Both the position numbers and the translations under genes were made by a program. This document shows positions 38,120-51,604 of a DNA stretch of 52,196 nucleotides, one piece after another (position 1 is the first letter of the stretch; each line of letters starts with the position of its first letter). Source of the stretch: Chiloscyllium plagiosum (taxonomy: Eukaryota); contig NC_057719.1 of NCBI RefSeq assembly GCF_004010195.1, positions 8,638,191-8,690,386 on the forward strand, written 5' to 3'. Under the pieces are notes generated by a model. It searched no databases and had not been told where the DNA came from. It worked only from the letters and a program-made list of their open reading frames with translations.

Positions 38120-38684
38120 AGGTCACGTTGCGACTGTACAGGACACTGGTGAGGCAACTTTTGGAATACTGTGTTCAATCCTGGTCTCCCTGCTATAGGA
38201 AGGATGTTATGAAACTTGAAAGGGTTCAGAAGAGATTTACAAGGATATTGCCAGGGTTGGAGGGCTTGAGACAAAGGGAGAGGCTGAATAGGCTGAGGCT
38301 ATTTCCCCTGGAACATCAGAGGCTGAGAGGTGACCTAAATAAGTTTGTAAAATCATGAGGGACATGGATAGGGTGAATAGCCAAGGTTTTTTTCCCAAGG
38401 CAGGGGAATCCATTACTAGAGGGCATAGGTTTAAGGTGAGAGGGGAAAGATTTATCAGGGAGGCAACTTTTTCATGCACAGGGTTTGTGTGCATGGATTG
38501 AACAGCCAGTGGATGTGGTGGAGGCTGGTATAATTACAACATTTAAAATGATGGATATATGATTTGGAAGGGTTTAGAGGAATATGGGCCAAATGCTGGC
38601 AAATGGGAGTAGATTAATTTAGGATATCTGATTGGTGTGAATGAGTTGGATTGAAGGGTATGTTTTTGTGCTATGACTCTATGA
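38120..38684 (+). mobile_element. CR1 LINE 3' fragment
   Basis: LYRTLVRQLLEYCVQSWSPCYRKDVMKLERVQKRFTRILPGL..RLRGDL. Confidence 0.92.
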
Positions 38685-39618
38685 GTGGCTAAGGTAGTTT
38701 AAGGAGTAAAAGCAATACAATAAGAAGAAAGAGATAGCAGAGCTGGATAAGGTGCTATTTTACAGCGTAGATGGTAGCCATGCACTCCATCCAGCCTGTG
38801 TTGGGTTTTGAAAGTGGTGCCCAGTTAGCTGAGCATCCCTGCTTTATCTCTACAACCCTGGCAATTTATGTTTTTCAAATAAATGATAAATTTCCTTTTG
38901 AAAGTTACCAAGGAAATTGATTTTCACAACCCTTTTGGATAACACTTCCCAGATCCTAGCAATCCTCTGTGTGAAATAATTTCTCACATTTCCGCTCAAG
39001 TTCTTTGCCCAATTATTTTAAATCTAGGGGCTCACCTTTTTGATTCACCTGCCAGTGGAAATAGTTTCTCTGTATTTGTTCTGTCAGAACCTTAACCACA
39101 AACTGAATGCCTCAACTCAATTACCTTCCTGATCAAAGAGATGAAATCCCAACTGCTCCAAGTCACATAACTAAGTCTCTAGCCATTGGGATCATTCTGA
39201 TGAACTACAATGACATTGTCCCCCAAGCGTGATGCTGATGAGGGACTGTACATAATACTGTAACTCAGGCTGAACTAGACACCTGTAGATGTTTAACAAT
39301 GGTCTTCACCCTGAAAACTCAATGATGTTGTACATGAAAGCATCTTATCTTAACACCTTGTCCTGCCAACTTCAGTGATGAGTGAAAATGCTCCTTGAAG
39401 TATATCTGCTCTTGCAGGTCAAACTAATACCACATTAAAAAAAACAGTCAAGCTTAAAAACTAAACATCATTATCCACCTCATCTTGTTTACTTTAAACC
39501 CATGCTGTTAGCATAACTCTGCATCGCAAACCAGCCAACTGAGCTAACCATGAAGGATTCTCCTTCTGAACCTCTCCCCTCACCCAAGGCACAGTGACTG
39601 TCAGGTTAAACCATCACC

Positions 39619-39655
<37 letters not shown>

Positions 39656-39724
39656 GAGAGACCAGTCCTCTGGTCTGGGAGGACAGTGATGACTTTACCT
39701 TTATATTCAGTTCGAGAACATTCA

Positions 39725-40060
39725 TAGAAACCCTACAGTGTGGAAGCAGGTCTCTCAGCCCTTTGAGTCCACACCAACTCTCTGAAGAGCATCCCATCCA
39801 GAACCGCTATGTATCCCTGTAACCTTGCATTTCCCCATGGTTAACCCACCTAGCCTGCACATCCCTGGACTCTGTAGCATAGCCAACCCACCCTAGCCTG
39901 TACACATTTGGATGACAGGAGGAAACTGGAGCACCCGGAGAAAACCCACACAGACACAGGGAGAACATATAAACACCACACAGACAGCCACCCAGGGGTG
40001 GAATCGAACCAGGATCCCTGGTGTTGTGAGGCAGTAGTGTTAACCACTAAGCCACTGTGC
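39725..40060 (-). mobile_element. Older HE1/V-SINE
   Basis: Diverged reverse-complement match to the SINE consensus. Confidence 0.8.
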
Positions 40061-41831
40061 ATTTTTAAATGTTACTTAATCTTCTTTCCTGGTCAATCAG
40101 ACTAAGCATTTACGTTATGTGAACCCATCCTATTGATCCTCCCAGAGGATGGTTCTTCACACCTATTCACATTAAACTGCAGCTGCCACACCTCTGCCCA
40201 TTTCACCAGACTGCCACCATTCCCCCTTAAAGTCTGTTACTGTGCTCTTCTCTATTTAATGTGTTGCCAACCTCATCCCTGAGCCAGGAGGACTGACTTG
40301 GGTGGATTGGCCATGCTAATTTACCCATAGCAGCTAGGAATGTGCAGGCTAGGTAGGTTAGCCATGGGGAGTGCAAGGTTACAGACTTAGGGAAAGGGAC
40401 ATAGGTTAGATGCTCTTCAGAGGGTTGGTATGGACTTGATCAACCAGAATGGCATGTTTCCGTGCTTGTATGATCCCACGAACGGGTTCAAATCCATCTG
40501 CTCCACAAGTATGTCATAATGGACCTGACCCGGTTGGTTGAACATACCCCACTCCTTACTAGAATGTGAGGCCCGCGGGTGGCATGGTGTCTCACAGTTT
40601 GTAGAATGTGAGCTCCAAAGCAGCCATGGCTAATGCCTCCTCTCCTCTGCTCTCAAAGGTCCCCTCATCACCCCAGCACCCACCAACGCCCCACCTCCAA
40701 CCTCCAACCTCCAAATGGGGTCCCAGTTTGTTTTAGTCTGGAGATAAATGTCAGCCAGAAAACACTGGAGAAGTTCCTGTGCTGGTTTCTGCAAGAACAC
40801 CGAGGGAGCTCTCACTTCTCCAGCAGTCGGCAGGGGGTGATCTCAGCGAAATGCTTCATCCCTGTTGCCACAGAGCTGCCTTGGCAAAAAGCAGCCTAGC
40901 TCATTGCTCAGGCCTCTCAATCAGATACAAACCCACAACCTTCTCATGGAGTGGTGACAGAACTACCAACTGAGTCACTGCCGACACATACCACAATGGT
41001 GTTTGGCTGGGAGACTACCACCCTCATGGAACCGCTCTGTGAATTCTCTCCTTTTCCAGAATTGTCAAGTCCCTGGGCCTCTCTCATAAGATCCTTAGCA
41101 ATAGGAGCAGGAACAGGCCATTTGGCCCATTCAGCCTGTTCTGCCATTCAACTACTGGCCACAATGAAGCGTTATCCAGGAAAAAGCATCACTATCCTGT
41201 AGATAAGAATTTAAAGATGTTCAAGAGAATTCATTTATTATTGAATGCCAAGATCATGGCTGATGTTATATCGCAACTCCACACTCTCCTTATATTTCAT
41301 AACTCCCAAAGATCTGTTGACCTCTGTCTTGGATATATTACTGAACAGGAGTAGGTTATTCAGATGGAGAGTGTGGTGGTGCTGGAAAAACACAGCAACT
41401 CAGGCAGCATCCAAAGAGCAGGAGAATTGCCATTTAGGAGGAGTTTCGGGCATAAGCCCTTCATCAGGAATGAGGCTTGAGGGCCAGGGGTTGAGAGATA
41501 AATGGGAGGGAGGTGGGGATAGGGGGGGAAGGTAGCTGGGAACATTATAGGTAGATGAAGGTGGGGGAGAAGGTGATAGGTTAGAGAGGAGGATGGAGCA
41601 GATGGATAGGAAAGGTGATGGACAGGTCAGGAGGGCAGTGCCAAGTTGGAGGCTTGGGGCTGGGACCTTCTAACCTGTCTCTTGAACCTGTGACTGCCTG
41701 CCTGAGAGGGAGAATGCTGCAAGTGAGCCACAGTTACTGTCCACTTGAAGGGCAGGAGGTGAACATAAAGGTAAGCTCACCATTATCCTCCTGGACTTTA
41801 GAGCTGCTCTTTCATTACAGAGACGACGGGT

Positions 41832-41903
41832 GGGTCACCATGCCTCAGGGTAACCTGAGGATCACCATGCCTCAGGGTAACCTGAGGGTCACCATGCCTC
41901 AGG
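41832..41903. repeat. 27-bp tandem repeat, about 2.6 copies
   Basis: Unit tcaccatgcctcagggtaacctgagg(a/g). Confidence 0.9.
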
Positions 41904-41956
41904 CGAGGGGAGAGGTTGAGAAGGACAGTCCTTCATGGTAACCTCAGCCTGCTAAG

Positions 41957-42308
41957 GGTGGCATGGTGGCTCAGTGGGTGGCACTGCTGCCTCACAGCAC
42001 CAGGGATCTGGGTTTAATTCCACTCTCAGGTGACTGTCTGTGTGGAGTTTGCACATTTTTCCTGTGTTCACGTAGGTTTCCTCTGGGTGCTCTGGTTTCT
42101 TCCCACAGTCCAAACATGTGCAGGTTAGGATGGATTGGCCATGTTAAGTCGCTCATAGTAAAAAGGGATGTGTATGCGAGGTGCATTAGATGCAGGGTTA
42201 CAGGGGTAGGGTAGAGAGTTGGGGATGGGTTTGGGCAGGATAATCTTCAAAGGGTGGGTGTGAACTTGATGGGCTGAATGGCCTGTTTCCACTGTAGGGA
42301 TTCTATGA
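41957..42308 (+). mobile_element. HE1/V-SINE
   Basis: ggtggcatggtggctcagtgg head, V-domain, tail ggcctgtttccactgtagggattctatga. Confidence 0.85.
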
Positions 42309-43157
42309 CGTAACTATACTGGAATTGAACCCATGCTGTTGGCATCACTCTGTACTGCTGACCAGTTGGCTGGTGTGCAAGGTAGGGTTAACACCCACAC
42401 TGTGGGATCAATTCCTGCAACCAGCTGAGGTTACCATGAGGGATTCTCCTTGTCAACCTCTCTCCCTTGCCTGAGAGGCTGCTGCTTTATACGCACATGT
42501 TGGCACATTGCCCCATGCAGTGTACATCCTGAAATTAAATTACGAGCTATCATTGCCATTTTCCCATTGTCACCACCTGTGAAAATAACCGTATCAGAAA
42601 CCAAGCTGGTCTGGGCCCAAAAGCACACCTGTACATTATATATATATATATTTATATATAGGACGCATCTCAAGGACACAGCTCGCACTGCTCCAAGCGA
42701 CATTGATAAATGTTCGCCTCTTCCCTTTCAGGTGGCACTTGGTCCCCTTGCTGCCTTTTCTAACATGTTGCTGTCTGTTTCCAGCATTGTTTTAAAATGA
42801 AGAGAAACATCTCAGGACATCCTGCACGGGAAATTAAAATTCAGCAGAGGCACTTTGGGCTGAGAGCTCTGCTGCGTGAGAACAAGGGCTACTAATAACA
42901 GCTGCTTAATTTCAGCTTGCTAGCTTGGCAGCTCTCTTTCTCCCCGCAGCTACCGGGCTGGGCTGTGAACAAATCTGAGTCAAACTACTGGTCACAATGA
43001 AGGGCTATCCAGGTAAAAGCATCATTATCCCTGAAAAGGATTTCAAGATGTTGGAAAGAGTTCATTTATTATTGAATGCCAAAAAACAGTTCACAGAAGG
43101 CCAACTATAAGCACAGAAACTAGTAACAGGAGTCGGCCATTCGGCCCTTCAAGCCTG

Positions 43158-43307
43158 GCAGAAAGTGAGCACTGCGGATGTTGGAAATCAGAGTCAAAAA
43201 GTGTGGTGCCGGAAAAGCACAGCAGGTCAGGCAGCATCCGAGGAACAGGAGAATCGATGTGTCGAGCATAAGCCCTTCATCAGGAATGTTAAACCTGACA
43301 TTCATCA
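43158..43307 (-). mobile_element. Family-A Penelope-like element with 15-bp flanking direct repeat
   Basis: ggccc(t/g)tcaagcctg at 43143-43157 and 43308-43322. Confidence 0.7.
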
Positions 43308-43855
43308 GGCCCGTCAAGCCTGCTTCACCATTCAATAGGATCGTCAATGATCCTCTGTCTCAGTGTCACACTCCTGATTTCTCCCTAAACTCTTTATGCC
43401 TTTAAAATCCAACAAAATTATCTATCACTTCCCTCGCCACACATCTGACAAATGAAGGCTGGTCTCGTAGAATCATACAGTATAGAAGAGGCCCTGCAGC
43501 TCATCGCGTCTCTACTGTCAAAGATGCACCACTACCTGCACCAGTCCCACTTTCCCACACTGTCTTGTTCGCAGCAACTGGGATTCACTGATGAGGAAAG
43601 ACACATAGATTTAGTTACATGTCATGCTTCAAGTGAGCTGGTATCTGAGAGCTTCATACCTCAGATTACAGATGAGAACAAATCTTGGAATCCCCACAGC
43701 GTGGAAGCAGGCCATTCAGCCCACTGAGTCCATACCAATCTTTTAAAGAGCATCCCACCCAGACCCATCTGCCCCACCCTATCCCTGCATTTCCCAAGGT
43801 CAATCTACCTAGCCTGCACATCCCTGGATCCTAGGGGCGATTAGCATGGTCAATT

Positions 43856-43858
<3 letters not shown>

Positions 43859-43947
<89 letters not shown>
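43859..43947. repeat. Near-perfect (AC)n microsatellite
   Basis: Direct inspection. Confidence 0.98.
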
Positions 43948-43949
<2 letters not shown>

Positions 43950-44068
43950 CACATACTGTGACCCTCAAAGTGAAAATCTCTAAGAATATGAGAGAGACGG
44001 CCTTCAGGAGAAATCAAGAGATCACAACACCTCCTGATGATTATGTTTCCTCAAGTCGCAAATTTTCT

Positions 44069-44395
44069 GGGTGGCACTGTGGCTCAGTGGTTAGCACTGA
44101 TGCCTCACAGCACCAGGGACACAGGTTTGATTCCAGCCTTGGGTAACTGTCCGTGTGGAGTTCTCCCATTCTCTCTCTGTCTGCGTGGGTTTCCTCCCAC
44201 AGCCTGAAGATGTGCAGGTTAAGTGAACTGGCCATGCTAAATTGCCCATAGTGTTCAGGGATGTGCAGGTTAGGTGCATTGGTCAGGGCTAAATATAGGG
44301 CAAGGAAATGGGTATGGGTGGGTTGCTGTTCAAGGATCAGTGTGGACTTGTTGGGCCAAAGGGCCTGTTTCCACACTGTCGGGATTCTATGATTC
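44069..44395 (+). mobile_element. HE1/V-SINE
   Basis: Consensus head, V-domain and tail. Confidence 0.88.
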
Positions 44396-45242
44396 TTTCT
44401 GATTTTAACAAAGGAGGAATGTAGTTACAATGAAATGATCTAGTTACAATGAAGGGATCATCTCCATATGTAAGAAATTAATTACGTACCTTCAAAAAAA
44501 ATGAGAAAATGCAATTTGATTTCTCTAGCAGTGTTTCGATGGGCAGGCTCAGGGTGTGAACTTTCTGTGTGCAAATTGGCTTTCTTGTATTCCAACATTG
44601 ACTACTCTTAAAAAACACAAAATGACTTGATTGGTTTCAAAGCGCTTTGGGACAGCTTGACATTGTGAAAGTTGCTTGAGAAAACGAAAGTTTTTTTTGT
44701 GCATTTTTGTTTACTTTTTGACATTCAGAAGCTGACAAAAGACAATGCCTTCGTTCCGTAATGCAAAGGAAAATTTGTAACTGTGTGAGTGTGTGTTTGT
44801 ATAAAAGGAAAATGTTCCTCAAGAGAACAGTCAGTCCTTTCAGCATGACATTCAAAAGACATTCAGGCTGAAGACAGGAGGAAGCAGAGCATTAGAATAG
44901 AGAGAGTGAGGGTTATTTTTGCAGCGAAACCTGCAGCTTTTCTTGATGGGATGTACAATCAGGGAAGCCTCCAAAGCACCCTTGTCAAAGCACATTGATT
45001 CATGGGCCATTTACTTTAATATCTCAGGACAAAATCATATGGACAAAACAAAAACAAGCCTTATCTTCCCATTTCGCACTGTTGTCTTTTATCTGTGCAT
45101 TAAGCCTACAACAGACAGTGAAAGCTCTGCAGATTGCGAGGGAAATAACTGAGGTGAATGCATGTCTGATTTTGTTCATGATAGAAGTAATTGTATGTAA
45201 TTTGTAAGATACAAGATTATTTATCCCATAACAAGAGGCAGA

Positions 45243-45503
45243 TACACACACACACAGACTCAAACTTTCTTACACATTCACACATCCACAGACTCCCTCT
45301 CACACACTAACACATATTCAAAAATAAACTCTATCTCTTTCACACATACATATACATTCAAACACACACTCTCACATGAACACATTCACACTGTCATTCT
45401 CTCATGTACACACTTTCACAAATAATCTCTCAAACACAGAAACATACACACACATTCACACATGCAGATTCGCGCACACAATCTTGCAAACACACAGGGC
45501 CAT

Positions 45504-45535
<32 letters not shown>
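45243..45535. repeat. Degenerate (CA)n tract
   Basis: Direct inspection. Confidence 0.9.
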
Positions 45536-45536
<1 letters not shown>

Positions 45537-46251
45537 CCGCCTGTGTTTGCCCTGTTGAAATTAACAGAGATCTGCAAATAACAGAGCACAATGTATTGGG
45601 GAAATGTACCAACATCGCTCACCTACTTTTCAATTTTACATACTTAATAGAGTCAACAATGAGACATAACCTCCTCTCTGTCTCTCCAACTGCAATTCCA
45701 CAGGGTAGGATTGCATTAATATCTGGCCCCCAACATCTCAAACATCAAGTGACAGAGGAAGCAAGAGATTATAGATAAAAACATGTTGCTGCTCTTTCTG
45801 AACTTAAACCAATACATGTTAGCAGTTGGTAGATATACCTCGACAGTGGCTTGTTTAACCTCAAATGAGTCTGAGCTCTTTCATTCACAAATTGTCAGCA
45901 TCACCTTCACGGGGCCAGTCATTTTGTTTCTACTCTGGTTTTCTTCTCATTTTTCTCAATGTTAACAACCTGTCTGAAATGCCATCCTCCTCTTCTGTTT
46001 TCACTCTCAACTTCTCCTTCAATTGTTGCTGGGACAAGGCTGTCGCAGAGCCAGAGAGTCAGACAGTACAAAAGAGGCCCTTTGGCCAATCGAGTTAGAG
46101 ACGACTGGTGGTGGTTTAATCTGAGAGTCACCAAGGAATGAATGAATGAATGATTTATGAATGAATGATTTGTTACCATGTGTATTTTACAGTGAAATGC
46201 AATAAAATACATTGAAAAACTTTCATTTGTTGCCATAATCCGGCACTATTT

Positions 46252-46567
46252 TAGATTAGATTACTTACAGTGTGGAAACAGGCCCTTCGATCCAACAAGC
46301 CCACACCGACCCTCCGAAGAGCAACCCACCCAGAACCATTCCCCTGTATTTACCCCTTCACCTAACACTATGGGAAGTTTAGCATGGCCAATTCACCTAA
46401 CCTGCACATTTTTGGACTGTGGGAGGAAACCAGAGCATCCGGAGGAAACCCAAGCAGACACGGGGAGAATGTGCAAACTCCACACAGACAGTTGCCTGAG
46501 GTGGGAATTGAACCTGGGTCTCTGGCATTGTGAGGCAGTAGTGCTAACCACTGTGCCACCGTGCTGC
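46252..46567 (-). mobile_element. HE1/V-SINE
   Basis: Reverse-complement consensus with (agatt)n tail. Confidence 0.9.
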
Positions 46568-47689
46568 CTGTTTTGATAGTTTAAAAATAAGAGAAAGTGA
46601 AAAAGTAAAGTTTGAAGAGAAGTCCACCTGCGTACAAGCTCAGAGCCAACTCGTGTCAAAATTGCCAATCCTCAGGCGCCATCTTTCCCCGCTTATGAGG
46701 AGCGAGGTTGAGAAGGCAAGGCCTTCATGGTAACCTTAGCTGGTGCAGGAATTGAACCCATACTACGGGCATCATGGTGCATTGCAAACCAGCTGGTCAG
46801 CCAACTGAGCTAACCAACACCCAAAAACCACTGTTGTTTCAGCACAGAGGGAGGCCATTCAGCCCAACATGCCTATACTGGTCTTAGGTTCCAATGTCAG
46901 GAGTTGACTACCTCTTCTCTGTCTCCACACTGCAATCATTTTGATTTCTAAATTCTACACTTGACCTACATCACTCATTGGTCTTCCTATCTATCCAGCA
47001 GATTCACAGTTCCTTCCGTCATACCCGGGTTTCAAAATTTGGTTGCCCTGCTCTCATTCTTTTTCTTCAAAGTCTGACTCTTGCATCTAGAGAGTGCAAC
47101 ATTGGCTGCACCAGATGCTTTGTCAGGTCCCTGCAGGTACGGTCGGACTCCCTGATTTTACTCCTGCCACCAGCCATTCTTCTTGGCGGAGCTAATCTCA
47201 TCTGATCTTCATTCTTTGATGTTACTTTGATGTTCATCACCGAGCCAAGGTGTGTGAGCCATGCACTGCCTCCATCTCTGTGTGTCACAGCTCAATACAG
47301 GGATTTTCAGGTGAATTGGAAAACATTTTGCAATAATAAGTTAAGAAGTCTCGCTTGTGACTACAATGCATGTTAGAGAGAGATCTCAACTTGCTTTCAT
47401 AGCAGAGTGATACCACACAGTAAAGGGCTATTTGGCACATTGTGTCTGTACTAACTCTTTGGTAGAGATCTGTCCAATTTATCCCACTCATTTCTCTTTC
47501 CCTGCAACAATCTAAAAATCTTGCCCTTTAAGATTTAACTTTTCCACTCCCACAACCCCTCTTACTGAGGTGATTGTTTAACTGGTTACTCATCCAGATG
47601 GCTCTGCAGCCTGCTATTCAGCTATTAGGGCATCACATCTGATCACAGCCTTGCTTCTACTCAATATCCATAGGCACACTATTCTCACA

Positions 47690-47975
47690 GAATCCCTACT
47701 GGGTGGGAATAGGCCATTCGGCCCATTGAGTCCACACCGAAGAATATAATCCCTGTTGACCTGCATTTCTCGTGGCCAATCTAACTAGCCTGCATATTGC
47801 TGGACACTGTGGACAATTTAGCATGGCCAATCCACCTTAACTTATACAGCTTTGGACTGTGGGAGGAAACCAGAGCACCTGGAGGAAAGCCACACAGACT
47901 GTCACCCGAGGAGTGGAATCGAACCTGGGTCCCTAGCACCGTGAGGCAGAAGTGCTAATCACTGAGCCAAAATGC
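47690..47975 (-). mobile_element. Older HE1/V-SINE
   Basis: Diverged match including gcatggccaat and gactgtgggaggaaaccagagcac. Confidence 0.8.
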
Positions 47976-48994
47976 CAACTCAGCATTCTGATTTCAGCTA
48001 ATTTTAATGCTGGATCCTTAAGTAAAATCTAGCTTGTTCAGTCCGATATGTTTTTTATTACCGTGAGCATGCTGACAGAGGCTGCTGGTGTACTTTTGAC
48101 ATAAATAATCCCACATGTATTAAACAAGGAAAGGAAATGGAACATAAACTATGTATCCGAGACAAAAATTGGAAAAATTTCATAAGACATCAGAGAAAGA
48201 ATCAAACTCACACCATTCCTTTTATCACCAGCAAGGTCGTTAGAAACATGAAAATTTCACAAGGAATCACCATTATCTCCAGACTAAAGTTTCCCACTGA
48301 GGCCTGTGTAGCTGCAACCAGTTTCAATGTGTCCAATTTTCATGCACTCACTAAATGAAATTTTCCTCCCTCCCCAAGATCCTTAAAACAAATTTCAAAC
48401 TAAACTCACAATCACTTTATCTTCAAAACAATTACTTAAGTTCTGGAGTCTCTGTGTCCAGCATCTTTCCTGCTAGATTTCCAACTAGAGAGTGTAACAT
48501 CCAGCCTCCACTCTCTAGCACAGCCATGCACAAACTGACTGACTTTCTAGATTGTTCTGTCCCTCTGTGCTGCTGAACCCCGAAGCAAGAACAGCGTTTG
48601 TTTTCAATATCTTTTTAAATGCACTGAACCGTTCACCCTCAGTGTTCAAAAACTCATTAAAATGCATACAAACAGTACAGACTGCCACCTCCCTGTCACC
48701 TTGTTCATAAATGACACTATAAAAATGACTAACCATGTGTTCCCTTCTTAACACAGAAATGTTGAGGTAGAGATTAAATTTAGTTATACCTTGTTCTTAA
48801 CAACACACTGATGCACATGTACCATAAAGCCATGTGCGTACGCACTTCCCAACACTGACCACTGCGCAGATGCCTCAACTCTTTATCACACATCTGAATG
48901 ACTTACACAAAGAGACAGAGAACAAAGTCTTTCAGTATTTTTACAGATGATACAATGTAAGGTAGGAATGAAAATGATTTTGGTGTGAATACAG

Positions 48995-49997
48995 GAGGTA
49001 ATGCTTAGTACGTTTACAGATGAGACCAAAATTGGAGGTGTAGTGGACAGCGAAGAAGGTTACCTTAGTACAACGGGATCTTGATCAGATGGGCTGATGG
49101 GCTGAGGAGTAGTAGATGGAGTTTAATTTAGATAAATGTGATGTGCTGCATTTTGGAAAGGCAAATCAAGACAGGACTTATCCACATTATCCACGTTTCC
49201 TTAGATAAGCATATGGATGATTTTGGGATAGTGTAGGGGAATGAGCTGGGAATAGTTCACAGGTCGGCGCAACATCGAGGGCTGAAGGGCCTGTTCTGCA
49301 CTGTATTGTTCTATGTTCTATGTTATAATAAAGTCCTGGGGAGTGTTGCCAAACAAAGCGATCTTGGGATAGAGGCTTATAGTTCCTCAAAAGTGGAATC
49401 ACAGGTGGAGAGGGTGGTGAAGAACGTGTTTGGTATGCTTACCTTTATTGGTCAGTGCTTTGAGTGTAGAAGTTCGGAGGTCTTGCTGTGCCTGTAGAGG
49501 ACATTGGTTCGGCCAGTTTTAGAATACTGCATACAATTCTGGTCTCCCCAATACAGGAAGATTGTTGTGAAACTTGAATGGGTTCAGAGAAGGCTGGGTC
49601 TGTTTTTCTTGGAGTGTCAGAGGCTGAGGGGTGACCTTATGAAGGTTTATAAAATCATGAGGGGCACGGATAGAAGAAAGAGACAAGGTCTTTCTCCCAG
49701 GGTAGATGAGTCCAGAACCAGAGGGCATGTGTTTAAGGTGAGAGGGAAAAGATTTAAAAGGGACCTAAGAGGCAACCTTTTTCATGCAGAGAGTGATGTG
49801 AGCATGGAATGAACTGCCAGAGGAAATGGTGGAGGCTGGTACAATTACAACATTTAAAAGGCATCTGGATGGGCACTTGAATAGGAAGGTTTTAGAAGGA
49901 TATGGGCCGGGTGCTGGCAAATTTAGGATATCTGGTCGGCAGGGATGAGTTGGACTGAAGGGTCTGTTTCCACGCTGCACAGCTCTATGACTCTATG
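48995..49997 (+). mobile_element. CR1 LINE RT 3' fragment with a nested short LINE tail (approx. 49188-49325)
   Basis: Degraded FADDTK region (tttacagatgagaccaaaattgg), MEFNLDKCDVLHFG, VRPVLEYCIQFWSP, RLRGDL, tail actctatg. Confidence 0.9.
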
Positions 49998-50679
49998 TAA
50001 GTGGTGATGAGGACATAGAGAAATTGTAAAGAGATATAGATTGTTAATGAAATGGACAAGGTGGCTGATGCAATATAATGTGGGGAAATGTGAGAAATTT
50101 CACATTGGTGATAAGGTGATACAAGCAGTATATTTTTAAACAAGTGTCACACATGTAACATTCATCTTCAGCAGCATATGGGTATGCTTGTACAGGGAAA
50201 ATAGAAAGCTAGCTTGCATGTACAGCAAGCAAGTAGAAAAAAAACAAGATGGCCTTTACTCTAAGGGAACTAGTGTACAAAAATAAATAAGTCTTACTAC
50301 CCCAGAGTTTTGGCAAAACCCAAACCATTGTTATTGAAACACAAAAGATCTTAAAAGAATTTGATAGTACAGATGCTGAAAAGGTGTTCTCCCTGATGGG
50401 AAAGAGTAGAATTTGGGGGCACAGTTTGGAATTAAGGTATTATCTGAGTCACCACTGCTAGTATCATGTTGGATTTGCCATCTCAACCAGTGGGTGCACT
50501 GGGTAAGGGTTCATTGAGGTAGATTGCTGTCATCAATCCTCCTCTGTCTTTACTTTCTGTTAGGCCGACCCCATAATTGGTGGTTGAGAATATGCCACTT
50601 CAGGATATCAACATCTTAGATAACAAGGGTGATTATTGTGTGATAGCAATAAGTCCAACTCCAGGCATATAGTCGATAG

Positions 50680-51290
50680 CTTCAAGTTCCTAACAGTAAA
50701 TATCGCCAACAATCTGTCCTGGTCCATCCAAGTTGACACTACAGTCAAGAAAGCACACTAACTTTCTCAGGAGGCGAAGGAAATTCAGCATGTCCACAAT
50801 GACTCTGACCAATGTTTATAGGTGCACCACAGAAGGCATCCTATCCAGATGCTTCACAGCTTTGTATGGCAACTGCTCTGCCCAAGACCGCAAGAAATTA
50901 CAGAGAGTTGTAAACACAGCCCAGTCTATCACACAAACCAGCCTTCCATACACTGACTCCATCTATGCTTCGCACTGTCTTGGGAAACAACCAACATCAT
51001 TAAAGATCACTCGCAACCCGATTATACTCTCTTCCAACCTCTTCCATCGGGCAGAAGTTACAAAAGTTTGAAAACACGTACCAACAGATTTAAGAACTTC
51101 GTCCCCACTGTTATCAGACTGATGAACAGACCACTTGTATATTAGAGTTCATCTTTCTCTGCACCTTCTCTATATTCTGCATTCTGTTCTATTACCCAGA
51201 TGTACTTTTGTAGGATATGATTTGTTTGGATCATATGCAAAACAATACTTTTCACTGTATCTCAATCAAACCAAGTCAAATCAAATGATG
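50680..51290 (+). mobile_element. Rex1/Babar-type LINE 3' fragment
   Basis: FLRRRRKFSMSTMTLTNVYRCTTEGILSRCFTALYGNCSAQDRKKLQRVVNTAQSITQTSLP. Confidence 0.82.
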
Positions 51291-51604
51291 AGGACCTTAG
51301 GGAGCTGCTGCAGATACATCTGCTCCTTCTGAAAGCCAGAGTTAAACCCTTTATCTCTATCCATAAGTGTTTGAAACATCAACAGAATGTGTTGAGCCAA
51401 TGTAATATGAATGATAACCACTTCAGAGCCAAAATTTTAATCAACAGGTCTCCTATTTGAGAGAGAATCATGGAATCATAGAATCTCTACAGCATGGAAA
51501 CAGACCCTTAGGCCCAATAAGTTCACACCGGCCCTCCGAAGAGTATCCCACGCAGACCCATTCCCCTACCCTATTACTATACATTTACCCCGACTGCTCT
51601 AATG

